Positions 56,516-64,000 of a DNA stretch of 64,000 nucleotides are shown piece by piece. Source of the stretch: a virus. Lineage: Duplodnaviria; Caudoviricetes. The notes beneath the pieces were generated by a model. It was not told the origin of the DNA and did no database searches. It was given only the letters and a program-made list of their open reading frames with translations. The stretch covers positions 32,001 through 96,000 of the IMG/VR virus record IMGVR_UViG_2917802685_000001, one strand, 5' to 3'. Positions within the stretch are counted from its first letter, which is position 1, and each line of letters begins with the position of its first letter. The translations under genes were made by a program, and so were the position numbers.

Positions 56516-57070
56516 GTGAAGCCGTACACCGTGCGGACCAACCCGATGCCCGAACCGCTAAGGGCCGCATTGACGAGCCTGATCAGGAACGGCGCGCGCG
56601 TAGGTCCCGAGGACACCTACGCCGACGAGCACGGACACCACCTGATCGCCCGTACTGACACCGTGGAGGTGCGCGCCGTGCTCGCCCTCGACCACTACGC
56701 CGACGGCGTTGGTTCGGCCGATGGTGAGCTGAGGTGGACCGTCACCCGCGACGGCGCGCCGCTGGAGTGCGCCCGCTGGTCCGCCGTCGTCGCGCTCGTC
56801 CGCAACCCTGACGTACTCCTGCCCGAGCACATCGCCGACGGCGACGCCTTCCTGATGGAGGTGAGCGGCGACCACGGCGAAACCTGGCGGGAGTTCGGCC
56901 ACTTCGCCGGAATGATCGCCCGCGAGCAGATCGCCACCATCATGCGCGAGCACCACGGGCACGCCGAGTACGAGCCGGGGCGCCTGATCATCCGGGGCAC
57001 GCTGCTGAGCGGAAGCTACAGCCGCCACACCTGGCGATTCACCCGCACCCGCACCGCCCAGGGGGAATGA
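56516..57070 (+). CDS. Hypothetical protein
   Basis: GGGGGAG RBS. Confidence 0.7.
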   Translation: MKPYTVRTNPMPEPLRAALTSLIRNGARVGPEDTYADEHGHHLIARTDTVEVRAVLALDHYADGVGSADGELRWTVTRDGAPLECARWSAVVALVRNPDVLLPEHIADGDAFLMEVSGDHGETWREFGHFAGMIAREQIATIMREHHGHAEYEPGRLIIRGTLLSGSYSRHTWRFTRTRTAQGE

Positions 57071-57429
57071 TCATGGACGCTGAGCAGACGTTGAAGGCCG
57101 TTCGTGAACTGATCGGCGCGCCCGCGCCGGTCGTCCAGCCGACCAACATGGATGAGCTGTTGGAGCAGGCCAAGAGCCTGCCCGCCGACTTCAAGATCAA
57201 GTTGATCACGGCCATGGGTTTCTCGCCGACGGGCTCGGATCATCAGGACGACTGCATTCGGTACACGCACGGGACTGGCTTCCGCTGCGGGTGCGTGCCT
57301 CCGGCCACCTGGTGGAACTCGCCGAAGGACGTTCAGGAGTTCCGCAAGGAGACGTGGGACGACCAGTTGGCCAAGGCCAAGCAGTGGTCCCGCGAGGGTA
57401 CGCACGGTCGCGAAAAGGAAGAGGACTAG
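57067..57429 (+). CDS. Hypothetical protein
   Basis: ATGA overlap; H..DC....CGC. Confidence 0.7.
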   Translation: MIMDAEQTLKAVRELIGAPAPVVQPTNMDELLEQAKSLPADFKIKLITAMGFSPTGSDHQDDCIRYTHGTGFRCGCVPPATWWNSPKDVQEFRKETWDDQLAKAKQWSREGTHGREKEED

Positions 57430-57466
57430 TTCGTGATCCCGTACATCCCGCCGAGGAGGTGAGCAC

Positions 57467-57637
57467 GTGAGTCAGCAGGAGACGACCAAGCCCAGGCCGT
57501 TCGTGGTGGGCCGCATGCTCTTCGTTCGCATTCCGAGGGTCGGTCTGTGCCACATGGGCTCTTGGGGCTGGGAGCCCTGCCCCGAGGGCTTCCTGACCAC
57601 CCACCAGGAGATCGCAGAAAGGCAGGTGACCGGATGA
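57467..57637 (+). CDS. Small hypothetical protein (56 aa)
   Basis: GAGGAGGT RBS, GTG start; not in ORF track. Confidence 0.55.
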   Translation: MSQQETTKPRPFVVGRMLFVRIPRVGLCHMGSWGWEPCPEGFLTTHQEIAERQVTG

Positions 57638-57736
57638 CCCACCCGCGCCACCCCAAGAAGCCGAAGCGCCCCCGGTAGGGGCCGACCACCGCGAGCAGGA
57701 GGGGAGCCGCCTAGACGGTTGCCGACGGCGGGAGTT

Positions 57737-57779
57737 CAGCAGGCAGGACCAGGGCAGTGCGCCCGGTTCCTGCCTGCTG
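57737..57779 (+). terminator. Terminator-like hairpin
   Basis: CAGCAGGCAGGA/TCCTGCCTGCTG stem. Confidence 0.65.
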
Positions 57780-57792
57780 GCATTTCAGGGGG

Positions 57793-57824
57793 TAGACGGG
57801 CAACGATCGTTGCTATAGAGTGGG
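57793..57824 (+). promoter_or_regulatory. Conserved promoter/operator copy 9
   Basis: TAGACG g GCAAC-GATC-GTTGC ta TAGAGT GGG. Confidence 0.88.
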
Positions 57825-57861
57825 CACGTCCCGCCGGACATCACCACCGAAGGAGCGCCCC

Positions 57862-59172
57862 ATGGCCACCACGAAGCTCAGCGACACCATGATCACCACC
57901 ATGCTCGGCGCACTGCGCCACCGCAACAACGAGGGGCGTTACGAGATCATCGGGGGTGCCCGCCGCACCGTCGACTCGCTGATCTCGCGCGGCAAGGCCG
58001 AGGCCGTTGAGATCGTCCTCATTCGGGAGACGGCCACGGGCAAGCCCGTCAGCACGCGCATGGCCACCTACCTCACCGAGGAGGGCGTGACCTTTCTGCG
58101 CGAGGCCCTGACGTACATCCTGGGAAAGCGCGGCGACGAGCGTGACGCGGTGTGGCAGGACTGGCTGACCGCCGAGCGCCGCAACGAATGGGCCTTGATC
58201 GACTTCCTCGGCCTGACCGCCGACACGTACGAGGTGGCCACCACCACGCCCCACGAGCGCGGCACGCAGCGCGAGACCCTCGGCCGCGCGGACGCCTGGG
58301 AGCAGATGGGCAACGCGCTCCGCAACGGCCAGCGCATCACCATCGACGCCCGCACCATGACCGTGCACACCAAGATGGGCGCCCGCTGGACGTTCACGTG
58401 CACCGAGAAGGAGCCCACCCCCGTCACGGCCGAGGACGTTGAGGACGTCGACTACCGCATGTTCGTCGGCGTGCTGTTCGAGGACGCGAAGGACATGGGT
58501 ACCTACAAGGCCGCGAACGTCCGCGCGGCGATCAAGAACAACGCCGACCAGGGCCACCGCGCCGTGCGCACCGAGGACGGCATGATCCACGTGTACTACT
58601 CCTGGTTCGTGCCGCAGCGCCCCGGGGCCGAGGAGAGCCCCGCCGCGCCCGCCGAGGAACTGGACCGCATGGGGCGCCCGCACATCGCGATTGCGCCCAA
58701 GCCCGGCGAGGACTCCGTCTCTCACCTGTCGGCGGGGAGCGCGCTCACCCGTGGCCTGCCGCTGAACATGCTGGCGCATCCGGCCGTCGAGGAGCAGCCC
58801 GGCGCGCCCGTGGCCATCAACCCCCAGGAGCGCCCGCCCCTCGCCGAACGCGTGACCGTGGGTGATCTGAACGTGGGCGACGAGTTCGTGACGCGCTGCG
58901 GGTGGACGGTGCTTGCCATCGACGGCGGCACGTTCACCGCCGAGCGCTACGACGGCGGGCAGACCGTGACTCAGACCGTGCCGGAGAGCACCGAGGTACT
59001 GCGCACCCGCCGCGCCCCGCAGGTGCGTGGTGTGGTTCCCAGCCCGCACGGTGTGGGGACTGCCGTGGTGCTGGCGCCCCGCAGCGTGGGCGACACGGAG
59101 CCCTGGGCGGACGCGGCTGACACGAGGTACGGCGCCCGGTACGAGGAGACGGAGGTGGAGCGCGAGGCGTAG
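57862..59172 (+). CDS. Modular hypothetical protein, N-terminal winged-helix-like unit
   Basis: GAAGGAG RBS; RTVDSLISRGKA...LTEEG. Confidence 0.8.
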   Translation: MATTKLSDTMITTMLGALRHRNNEGRYEIIGGARRTVDSLISRGKAEAVEIVLIRETATGKPVSTRMATYLTEEGVTFLREALTYILGKRGDERDAVWQDWLTAERRNEWALIDFLGLTADTYEVATTTPHERGTQRETLGRADAWEQMGNALRNGQRITIDARTMTVHTKMGARWTFTCTEKEPTPVTAEDVEDVDYRMFVGVLFEDAKDMGTYKAANVRAAIKNNADQGHRAVRTEDGMIHVYYSWFVPQRPGAEESPAAPAEELDRMGRPHIAIAPKPGEDSVSHLSAGSALTRGLPLNMLAHPAVEEQPGAPVAINPQERPPLAERVTVGDLNVGDEFVTRCGWTVLAIDGGTFTAERYDGGQTVTQTVPESTEVLRTRRAPQVRGVVPSPHGVGTAVVLAPRSVGDTEPWADAADTRYGARYEETEVEREA

Positions 59173-59254
59173 CCGGGGGCACGCAGACACAGCAGGGGCC
59201 GGGAGGGCATCCCGCGCCCCTGCTGGCGTGTCCGCGATTGGTCGGCACCCCGGC

Positions 59255-59288
59255 TTGACACTGGCAACAACTGTTGCTGTAGAGTGGG
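59255..59288 (+). promoter_or_regulatory. Conserved promoter/operator copy 10
   Basis: TTGACA ctg GCAAC-AACT-GTTGC tg TAGAGT GGG. Confidence 0.9.
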
Positions 59289-59327
59289 ACGCGTCCCGCC
59301 GGACACCACCACGAAGGAGCACACCCC

Positions 59328-60758
59328 ATGAGCGTGATCGAGATCAAGCGCAAGCCGACCGCCCGCCAGGTCGAGGCGCTGCGCACCGGGACCACGAACC
59401 CCGAGGGCATCATCGAGGTGACCGCCGACAAGCGCACCCATGAGGGGCTCGTGGGCCGTGGCCTGGCCGACTGGAAGCGCCCCGAGACCCTGGGGCTCGG
59501 CCGCAGCGTCCACGGTACGGCCCTGTGCGTGATCAACAGCCAGGGGCGTGACTACCTCGCCAAGCTGGACGGTGTGGAGATCACCCGCGACGACGTGGCC
59601 GAGGGCAAGCGGCTCGCGCTGGCCTACCTCGGGTTCGGCGAGCGCCGCCGGGAGGCCGAGCAGGCCCCCGCCTCCGTGGTGTTGAAGGGTGAGTTCGCCC
59701 GGGTGCGCCGCGTGATGCGCCGCGCCATGCGCAACGCCGGTGCCGAGGCCGCGAACAACGCGCTGAACCAGTACAACCGCACTCACGCGCTGCTGCTCGC
59801 GGCGCGTAGGTTCGACCAGGAGGACGCGGCCACGGCCGCGCAGGACACCACCACCACGACCGAGGAGGCCCCCGTGGCCGAGACCCCCGTGCACGACCCC
59901 TACGCCCCGACCCCGGGCATCGACGTGGACGGACGCCCGTACGCCGTGGGGGACACCGTGGAGTCCACCCACCGCGCCCGCACCGGCGCCCGGCGCGGTA
60001 AGGCCGCTGAGGTGGGCACCGTGACCGCCGTGGTTGACGGGCGCCCCGTGGTCCGCTTCACCACCGGCGACCAGGACGAGACCGACGTGCGCCCTGACCT
60101 GTTCCGTATCACCACCCCCGCCGCGCCCGTCAACGAGCCTGCCGACTTCCGGGGCCTCACCCGCGACGACGTGGCCCACGATGCCGCCCAGGCGCTCGCG
60201 ACGCTGTCCGACGACGACCGCGCCACGGTCGAGGGCAAGGCACCCTCGGTGGTGCTGGGGCTGGCGTTCCGCCGGGCGCAGACGGCATGGTGCGCCACCC
60301 GCCGGGAGCACACCGCCGAGGAGTCGGCCGTGTACGACCGTCAGGCGAACATCGCGAGCGCTGCGCTGATCTTCGAGCGAGCCGACGACCCCGAGGCCGC
60401 CGCCACCGCGCGCGCCGACGACTTCCGCATCACGAACGCCGAGCGCGCCGCCAAGGCCAAGCGCATCGAGGAGGCCCGCGCTCGGGCGCTCGTCGTCGAG
60501 TGGGCGAACTCCGAGCCCTACCGGGGTTACGCCGTGCGCACCGAGGACCGTGGCCACGGCATCATCGCCGTCTACGTCCGGGGCAGCGCCGACGAGAGCA
60601 GCAAGATCGAGAAGGCGGGCAACGCGTACGCCCGGGAACACCTCACCTTCGAGCCGGGCCTGTCGGCCCACGCGAACGGGGGCGGGGAGTTCTTCCAGGG
60701 TGAGTACATCGCGCAGATGATCTACACCACGAAGCGGCTCGCCCCGCGCGAGGACTGA
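59328..60758 (+). CDS. Modular hypothetical protein, N-terminal winged-helix-like unit
   Basis: GAAGGAG RBS; RTHEGLVGRGLA...INSQGRDYLAKLD. Confidence 0.8.
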   Translation: MSVIEIKRKPTARQVEALRTGTTNPEGIIEVTADKRTHEGLVGRGLADWKRPETLGLGRSVHGTALCVINSQGRDYLAKLDGVEITRDDVAEGKRLALAYLGFGERRREAEQAPASVVLKGEFARVRRVMRRAMRNAGAEAANNALNQYNRTHALLLAARRFDQEDAATAAQDTTTTTEEAPVAETPVHDPYAPTPGIDVDGRPYAVGDTVESTHRARTGARRGKAAEVGTVTAVVDGRPVVRFTTGDQDETDVRPDLFRITTPAAPVNEPADFRGLTRDDVAHDAAQALATLSDDDRATVEGKAPSVVLGLAFRRAQTAWCATRREHTAEESAVYDRQANIASAALIFERADDPEAAATARADDFRITNAERAAKAKRIEEARARALVVEWANSEPYRGYAVRTEDRGHGIIAVYVRGSADESSKIEKAGNAYAREHLTFEPGLSAHANGGGEFFQGEYIAQMIYTTKRLAPRED

Positions 60759-60862
60759 CACCAGGGCGCCCAGGAGCGCCGACTAGCGCCCGGTCGACCC
60801 CACCGGCCGGGCGCGCCCCGCAGGACCACCACACGCCAGCACGGCCACGAGGAGACACCACC

Positions 60863-61306
60863 ATGAACGAGACCATCAGCCCCGCCGCCCGCGCCGTCCT
60901 GGGGATCATCGTCACCGTCACCGCGACGGGGGAGTACGCCCGCGCCCGGCTCGCGTTCGGCGAGGGCAGCGAGCACGCGGGCATGGTCGAGATCGGCATG
61001 GCCGACGGCACCAAGCGGTACGTCACCGCCATGGAGATCGCTCCGGCCCAGGGGTTCCCGATTCAGATGCGGGCCATCCCGGTGTACCCGGACGCCGCCG
61101 ACGGTTCCAGCCGCCCCATGGGACTGTGCCAGAACGAGGGGTGCGGGCTGGTCGAGTCGAACGTCATCGACGTGGTGGCCACCAAGGGAGCGCGCTACAC
61201 CTGCGGGGACTGGTACGTGAAGCGGGGAGGGCGTGACGTGAAGGCGCCGACGGCCACCGTGTGTACCCACTGCTACGCCCAGGGGCGTACGCCTTTCAGC
61301 AGCTGA
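60863..61306 (+). CDS. Hypothetical protein
   Basis: GAGGAG RBS; CQNEGC..CTHC. Confidence 0.75.
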   Translation: MNETISPAARAVLGIIVTVTATGEYARARLAFGEGSEHAGMVEIGMADGTKRYVTAMEIAPAQGFPIQMRAIPVYPDAADGSSRPMGLCQNEGCGLVESNVIDVVATKGARYTCGDWYVKRGGRDVKAPTATVCTHCYAQGRTPFSS

Positions 61307-61388
61307 CGCAGCATCACCACGGGCGCCCCGACCACACCGGGGCGCCCCGCCTGGCAACGACCACACGACCACGCCCAGGGGGGCAGCA

Positions 61389-61865
61389 GTGAGCACACTG
61401 GAGACGTTGACGCGCTACGTGTGGGCGGAGTCGCCCAGCCTCGCATGGGGACTGGTGAACCTGCGGGAGGCGGATGACGGCGCATGGCTCTCCGGGCAGG
61501 TCCACACCGCCCAGGAGGACGCGGAGCGCCAGGAGGACAAGCGCACGGGGACGGCTCTCTACCGGGTGACGCGCACGAGCACGCTCGCCGACGAGAGCAC
61601 GCCCGCCCCCGAGGGGGAGGACTGGGTGTTCACCTACAGCACCGAGGGCCGACACGACGTGTGGAGCAAGCCGAATTGCTACAGCTCTTTCCCTGGCGTG
61701 AAGCGGCTCGATGGGTTCTGGACGTTCCCGGAACCCAGGGAGCCTATCGAGCGGGCAGCGTGGGCGAACCTGGAGCCGCGCACCGTGGGGTACGGGACAG
61801 CGTTCAGGGCGTATCTGCTGGCGTGGTCGGTGGACGTGGTGGGAGGGCAGCAGGGGGACGAGTAG
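61389..61865 (+). CDS. Hypothetical protein
   Basis: AGGGGGG RBS, GTG start. Confidence 0.65.
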   Translation: MSTLETLTRYVWAESPSLAWGLVNLREADDGAWLSGQVHTAQEDAERQEDKRTGTALYRVTRTSTLADESTPAPEGEDWVFTYSTEGRHDVWSKPNCYSSFPGVKRLDGFWTFPEPREPIERAAWANLEPRTVGYGTAFRAYLLAWSVDVVGGQQGDE

Positions 61866-62023
61866 CCAGGGGCAGGGACTACCGGCGGCAGGGGCAGGGG
61901 ACAGCATCCCGCCCCTGCCGTTCTGTGTGGGTGCGTGCGCATATGGGGTGAGTCGGACACCCCTCGGAGGGGGCGAGACCCGGGCCGGGCCAGAGCGCTC
62001 CGGAATTGATGGGGCGCACCCGC

Positions 62024-62057
62024 TTGACACGGGCAACGACTGTTGCCCTAGAGTGGG
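62024..62057 (+). promoter_or_regulatory. Conserved promoter/operator copy 11
   Basis: TTGACA cgg GCAAC-GACT-GTTGC cc TAGAGT GGG. Confidence 0.9.
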
Positions 62058-62084
62058 TACTCCGCCACACCATGAGGAGCAGCA

Positions 62085-63509
62085 ATGGGCATCACGATCT
62101 GCAACGGCAAGCGAGTCGAGGGCTACGACCCCAACAGCGGCAGCAACAGTGAGGCCGCCGTGGCCGCCCACAACGCCGAGTGCCACGAGCGCACCTACGA
62201 GGGCGCGGTGCTGCGCCTGCGGGAGCGCAACGGCTACGACGACAGCGACTTTTACGCCCTGGTGTGGGACGAGGAGCAGCAGCGGGTACGGGAGATCCAG
62301 TACGCGACCACCCGGGGGTGGACGTACCACAACGGGGCGAGCATCGACGCGACGCACGAGGTGATCGCCAAGGCGGTCGCGCAGATGACCGAGGCGCGGT
62401 TCGCCCTGGTGCAGGAGGACTACGCCCAGACGCCGCGCAAGGAGTACACGGCGCGCGCCACGGTCAAGGGCGCAGCGGTCGAGGGTGTGATCGCGTGGGT
62501 GGGCAAGTCGCGTAACCGGTACATCGACATCGCCCGCTACGGGATCAAGGTCGAGGGGCGCAAGGGCTACGTGTTCCGTGACGCGACCGACGACGACTTT
62601 GAGTTCGACGTGCCGCCGGTGAGCGAGGCGGACATGATCACGTGGCGCAGCAACTGTGAGCACAACGTGCGTGCGGAGCTGGCGCAGGCGCAGGCGATTG
62701 CCGACCAGCGTGACCCGCGCCCCGCTGCTCCGGCCCCGGGGACGATCGTGGATGCCCAGGAGGAGGACGAGACGGGCATGCGGCTGTACGCGGTGGGTGA
62801 GTCGTTCTGTGAGGACGGCTGGGCGCAGCAGGTTGCGGCGGCTGTGGTGGACGAGTCGGCGGCTGAGTACACGGTGATGGGTCACCGGGCGGACGGGTCG
62901 AAGATGCCCGCCCGTGAGGTGACGGTGTTCCGGGCGCTGGGCATGGTGGCGCGGTGGGTGGAGAACGACGGGGCGCAGGTGTGCCACGACGGGCGTGGGG
63001 TGGTGCGGATCGTGCGGGAGGACGGGGCGCGGCTCATGCTGGCGCCGGTGCGCCCCCAGGAGGCCGCCCAGGGCCCCCAGGAGGACGCGGAGCGCCCCGG
63101 GGTGGCCGAGGAGACCCAGGAGGCCCCTACGGGCGCTGAGACGGCCGAGGGGGGCGCCCAGGAGGCGCAGGGGGCCGAGGAGCGCCACGACATGGTGAGC
63201 GGCCTCCCCATGGGGCAGATGGCTTGCCTGTGCGGGCTCACGGACGTGGATGCGCTCCTGGGGCACTGGGTGGCCACGGGTGTGCTGCCGGTGGTGCCGC
63301 TGGTGGAGATGAGCGGGGTGTGGCGGATCACGGGGCGTGGCGCCGAGGTGTACGCGGAGGGGGCGACGCAGGCGGAGGCGTGGGCGGACGCGGCGCGCCA
63401 GGGGTTCGAGCGGGACTACTTCCACGCGATCACGCACCTGAGCATGGCGGAGCTGGAGGCCCTCACCGCGCCCCAGGAGGCCGCTGTCGAGGGTGAGCGC
63501 GTGGCGTAG
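62085..63509 (+). CDS. Modular hypothetical protein
   Basis: GAGGAG RBS; ERNGYDDSDFYALVWD motif. Confidence 0.8.
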   Translation: MGITICNGKRVEGYDPNSGSNSEAAVAAHNAECHERTYEGAVLRLRERNGYDDSDFYALVWDEEQQRVREIQYATTRGWTYHNGASIDATHEVIAKAVAQMTEARFALVQEDYAQTPRKEYTARATVKGAAVEGVIAWVGKSRNRYIDIARYGIKVEGRKGYVFRDATDDDFEFDVPPVSEADMITWRSNCEHNVRAELAQAQAIADQRDPRPAAPAPGTIVDAQEEDETGMRLYAVGESFCEDGWAQQVAAAVVDESAAEYTVMGHRADGSKMPAREVTVFRALGMVARWVENDGAQVCHDGRGVVRIVREDGARLMLAPVRPQEAAQGPQEDAERPGVAEETQEAPTGAETAEGGAQEAQGAEERHDMVSGLPMGQMACLCGLTDVDALLGHWVATGVLPVVPLVEMSGVWRITGRGAEVYAEGATQAEAWADAARQGFERDYFHAITHLSMAELEALTAPQEAAVEGERVA

Positions 63510-63603
63510 CTGCGGATTCCGTTGCTCTCGCCGGTGGGCCGACCGTGAGTTTTCGTTGCGACGGCCCTCGGTGGGTGCGGATTTCGTTGTTTGGGCGCCC
63601 CCT

Positions 63604-63637
63604 GGTACACGGGCAACAACTGTTGCGCTAGAGTGGG
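63604..63637 (+). promoter_or_regulatory. Conserved promoter/operator copy 12
   Basis: GGTACA cgg GCAAC-AACT-GTTGC gc TAGAGT GGG. Confidence 0.85.
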
Positions 63638-63675
63638 CACCCCGCCAGACACTGAGACACACCGAGGAGCACACG

Positions 63676-64000
63676 ATGGGCGACCTGATCACCCGCAAGC
63701 CGACCGCGATCATGATCGAGCTGCTGCGCCAGGGCGCGGCGAGCCCCAAGGGGATCATGTCGCTGCTCGACCACAACGACCGCACCCACGACGGCATCCT
63801 CCGCCGGGACATGGCCGACGTGACGCCGGAGCCGGGCGCTACGCACTCGTGGCTCGTGATCAACGACCGTGGGCGCGCCTACCTGGCCAAGCTCGACGCG
63901 GCGCAGCAGGAGCCCGTGAGCGCCCCGCAGACGGCCGAGGAGCACCCGGTGGCCCCCAAGGGTCCGGCGCTGGCCGACATCGCCCGTGTGAGCCTGGAGA
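63676..64000 (+). CDS. Partial CDS (runs off window), paralog of 59328 N-terminus
   Basis: GAGGAG RBS; RKPTA...RTHDGI...INDRGRAYLAKLD. Confidence 0.8.
   Translation, partial: MGDLITRKPTAIMIELLRQGAASPKGIMSLLDHNDRTHDGILRRDMADVTPEPGATHSWLVINDRGRAYLAKLDAAQQEPVSAPQTAEEHPVAPKGPALADIARVSLE

Larger units (their letters stand above)
1..64000. mobile_element. Segment of a large actinobacterial (Streptomyces-like) phage/prophage or phage-plasmid
   Basis: Terminase, self-contained replisome, WhiB, recombinases, dense overlapping small ORFs, no host housekeeping genes; ends not in window. Confidence 0.85.

Noticed and set aside
45855-63637. CRISPR array from the recurring ~33-bp motif
   Set aside because: Copies are separated by whole genes and have -35/-10 architecture

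Overview
High-GC actinobacterial (Streptomyces-like) DNA from a large temperate phage or phage-plasmid. 1-20 kb: co-oriented replication/recombination operon (5'-3' exonuclease, DnaC-like loader, DnaB-like helicase, WhiB, primase, SSB, DnaE, RecA, resolvases, Cas4-like nuclease). 20-32 kb: terminase genes, a candidate structured RNA, then two very His-rich multi-enzyme 'polyvalent' proteins (GNAT + ART-like + ParB-like + nucleotidyltransferase; zincin + two RelE-like + ART + 2H phosphoesterase). Their domains are separated by recurring RQA/TAA linkers, and a small antitoxin-like gene is overprinted out of frame just before the RelE domains. 33-46 kb: accessory block (DUF2637 protein, an apparently catalytically dead and an intact Cre-like tyrosine recombinase, ATP-grasp RiPP pair, RHH-like protein with 8-bp repeats, XRE/DUF397/ATPase trio). 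46-64 kb: array of unknown modular genes, most behind a conserved promoter (T[T/A]GAC..GCAAC-N4-GTTGC-N2-TAGAGT; 12 copies in the window), with three intergenic tRNA-like elements. Two PafBC-type (RecA-NDp) promoters are also visible. All calls come from reading motifs by eye; no searches were run.
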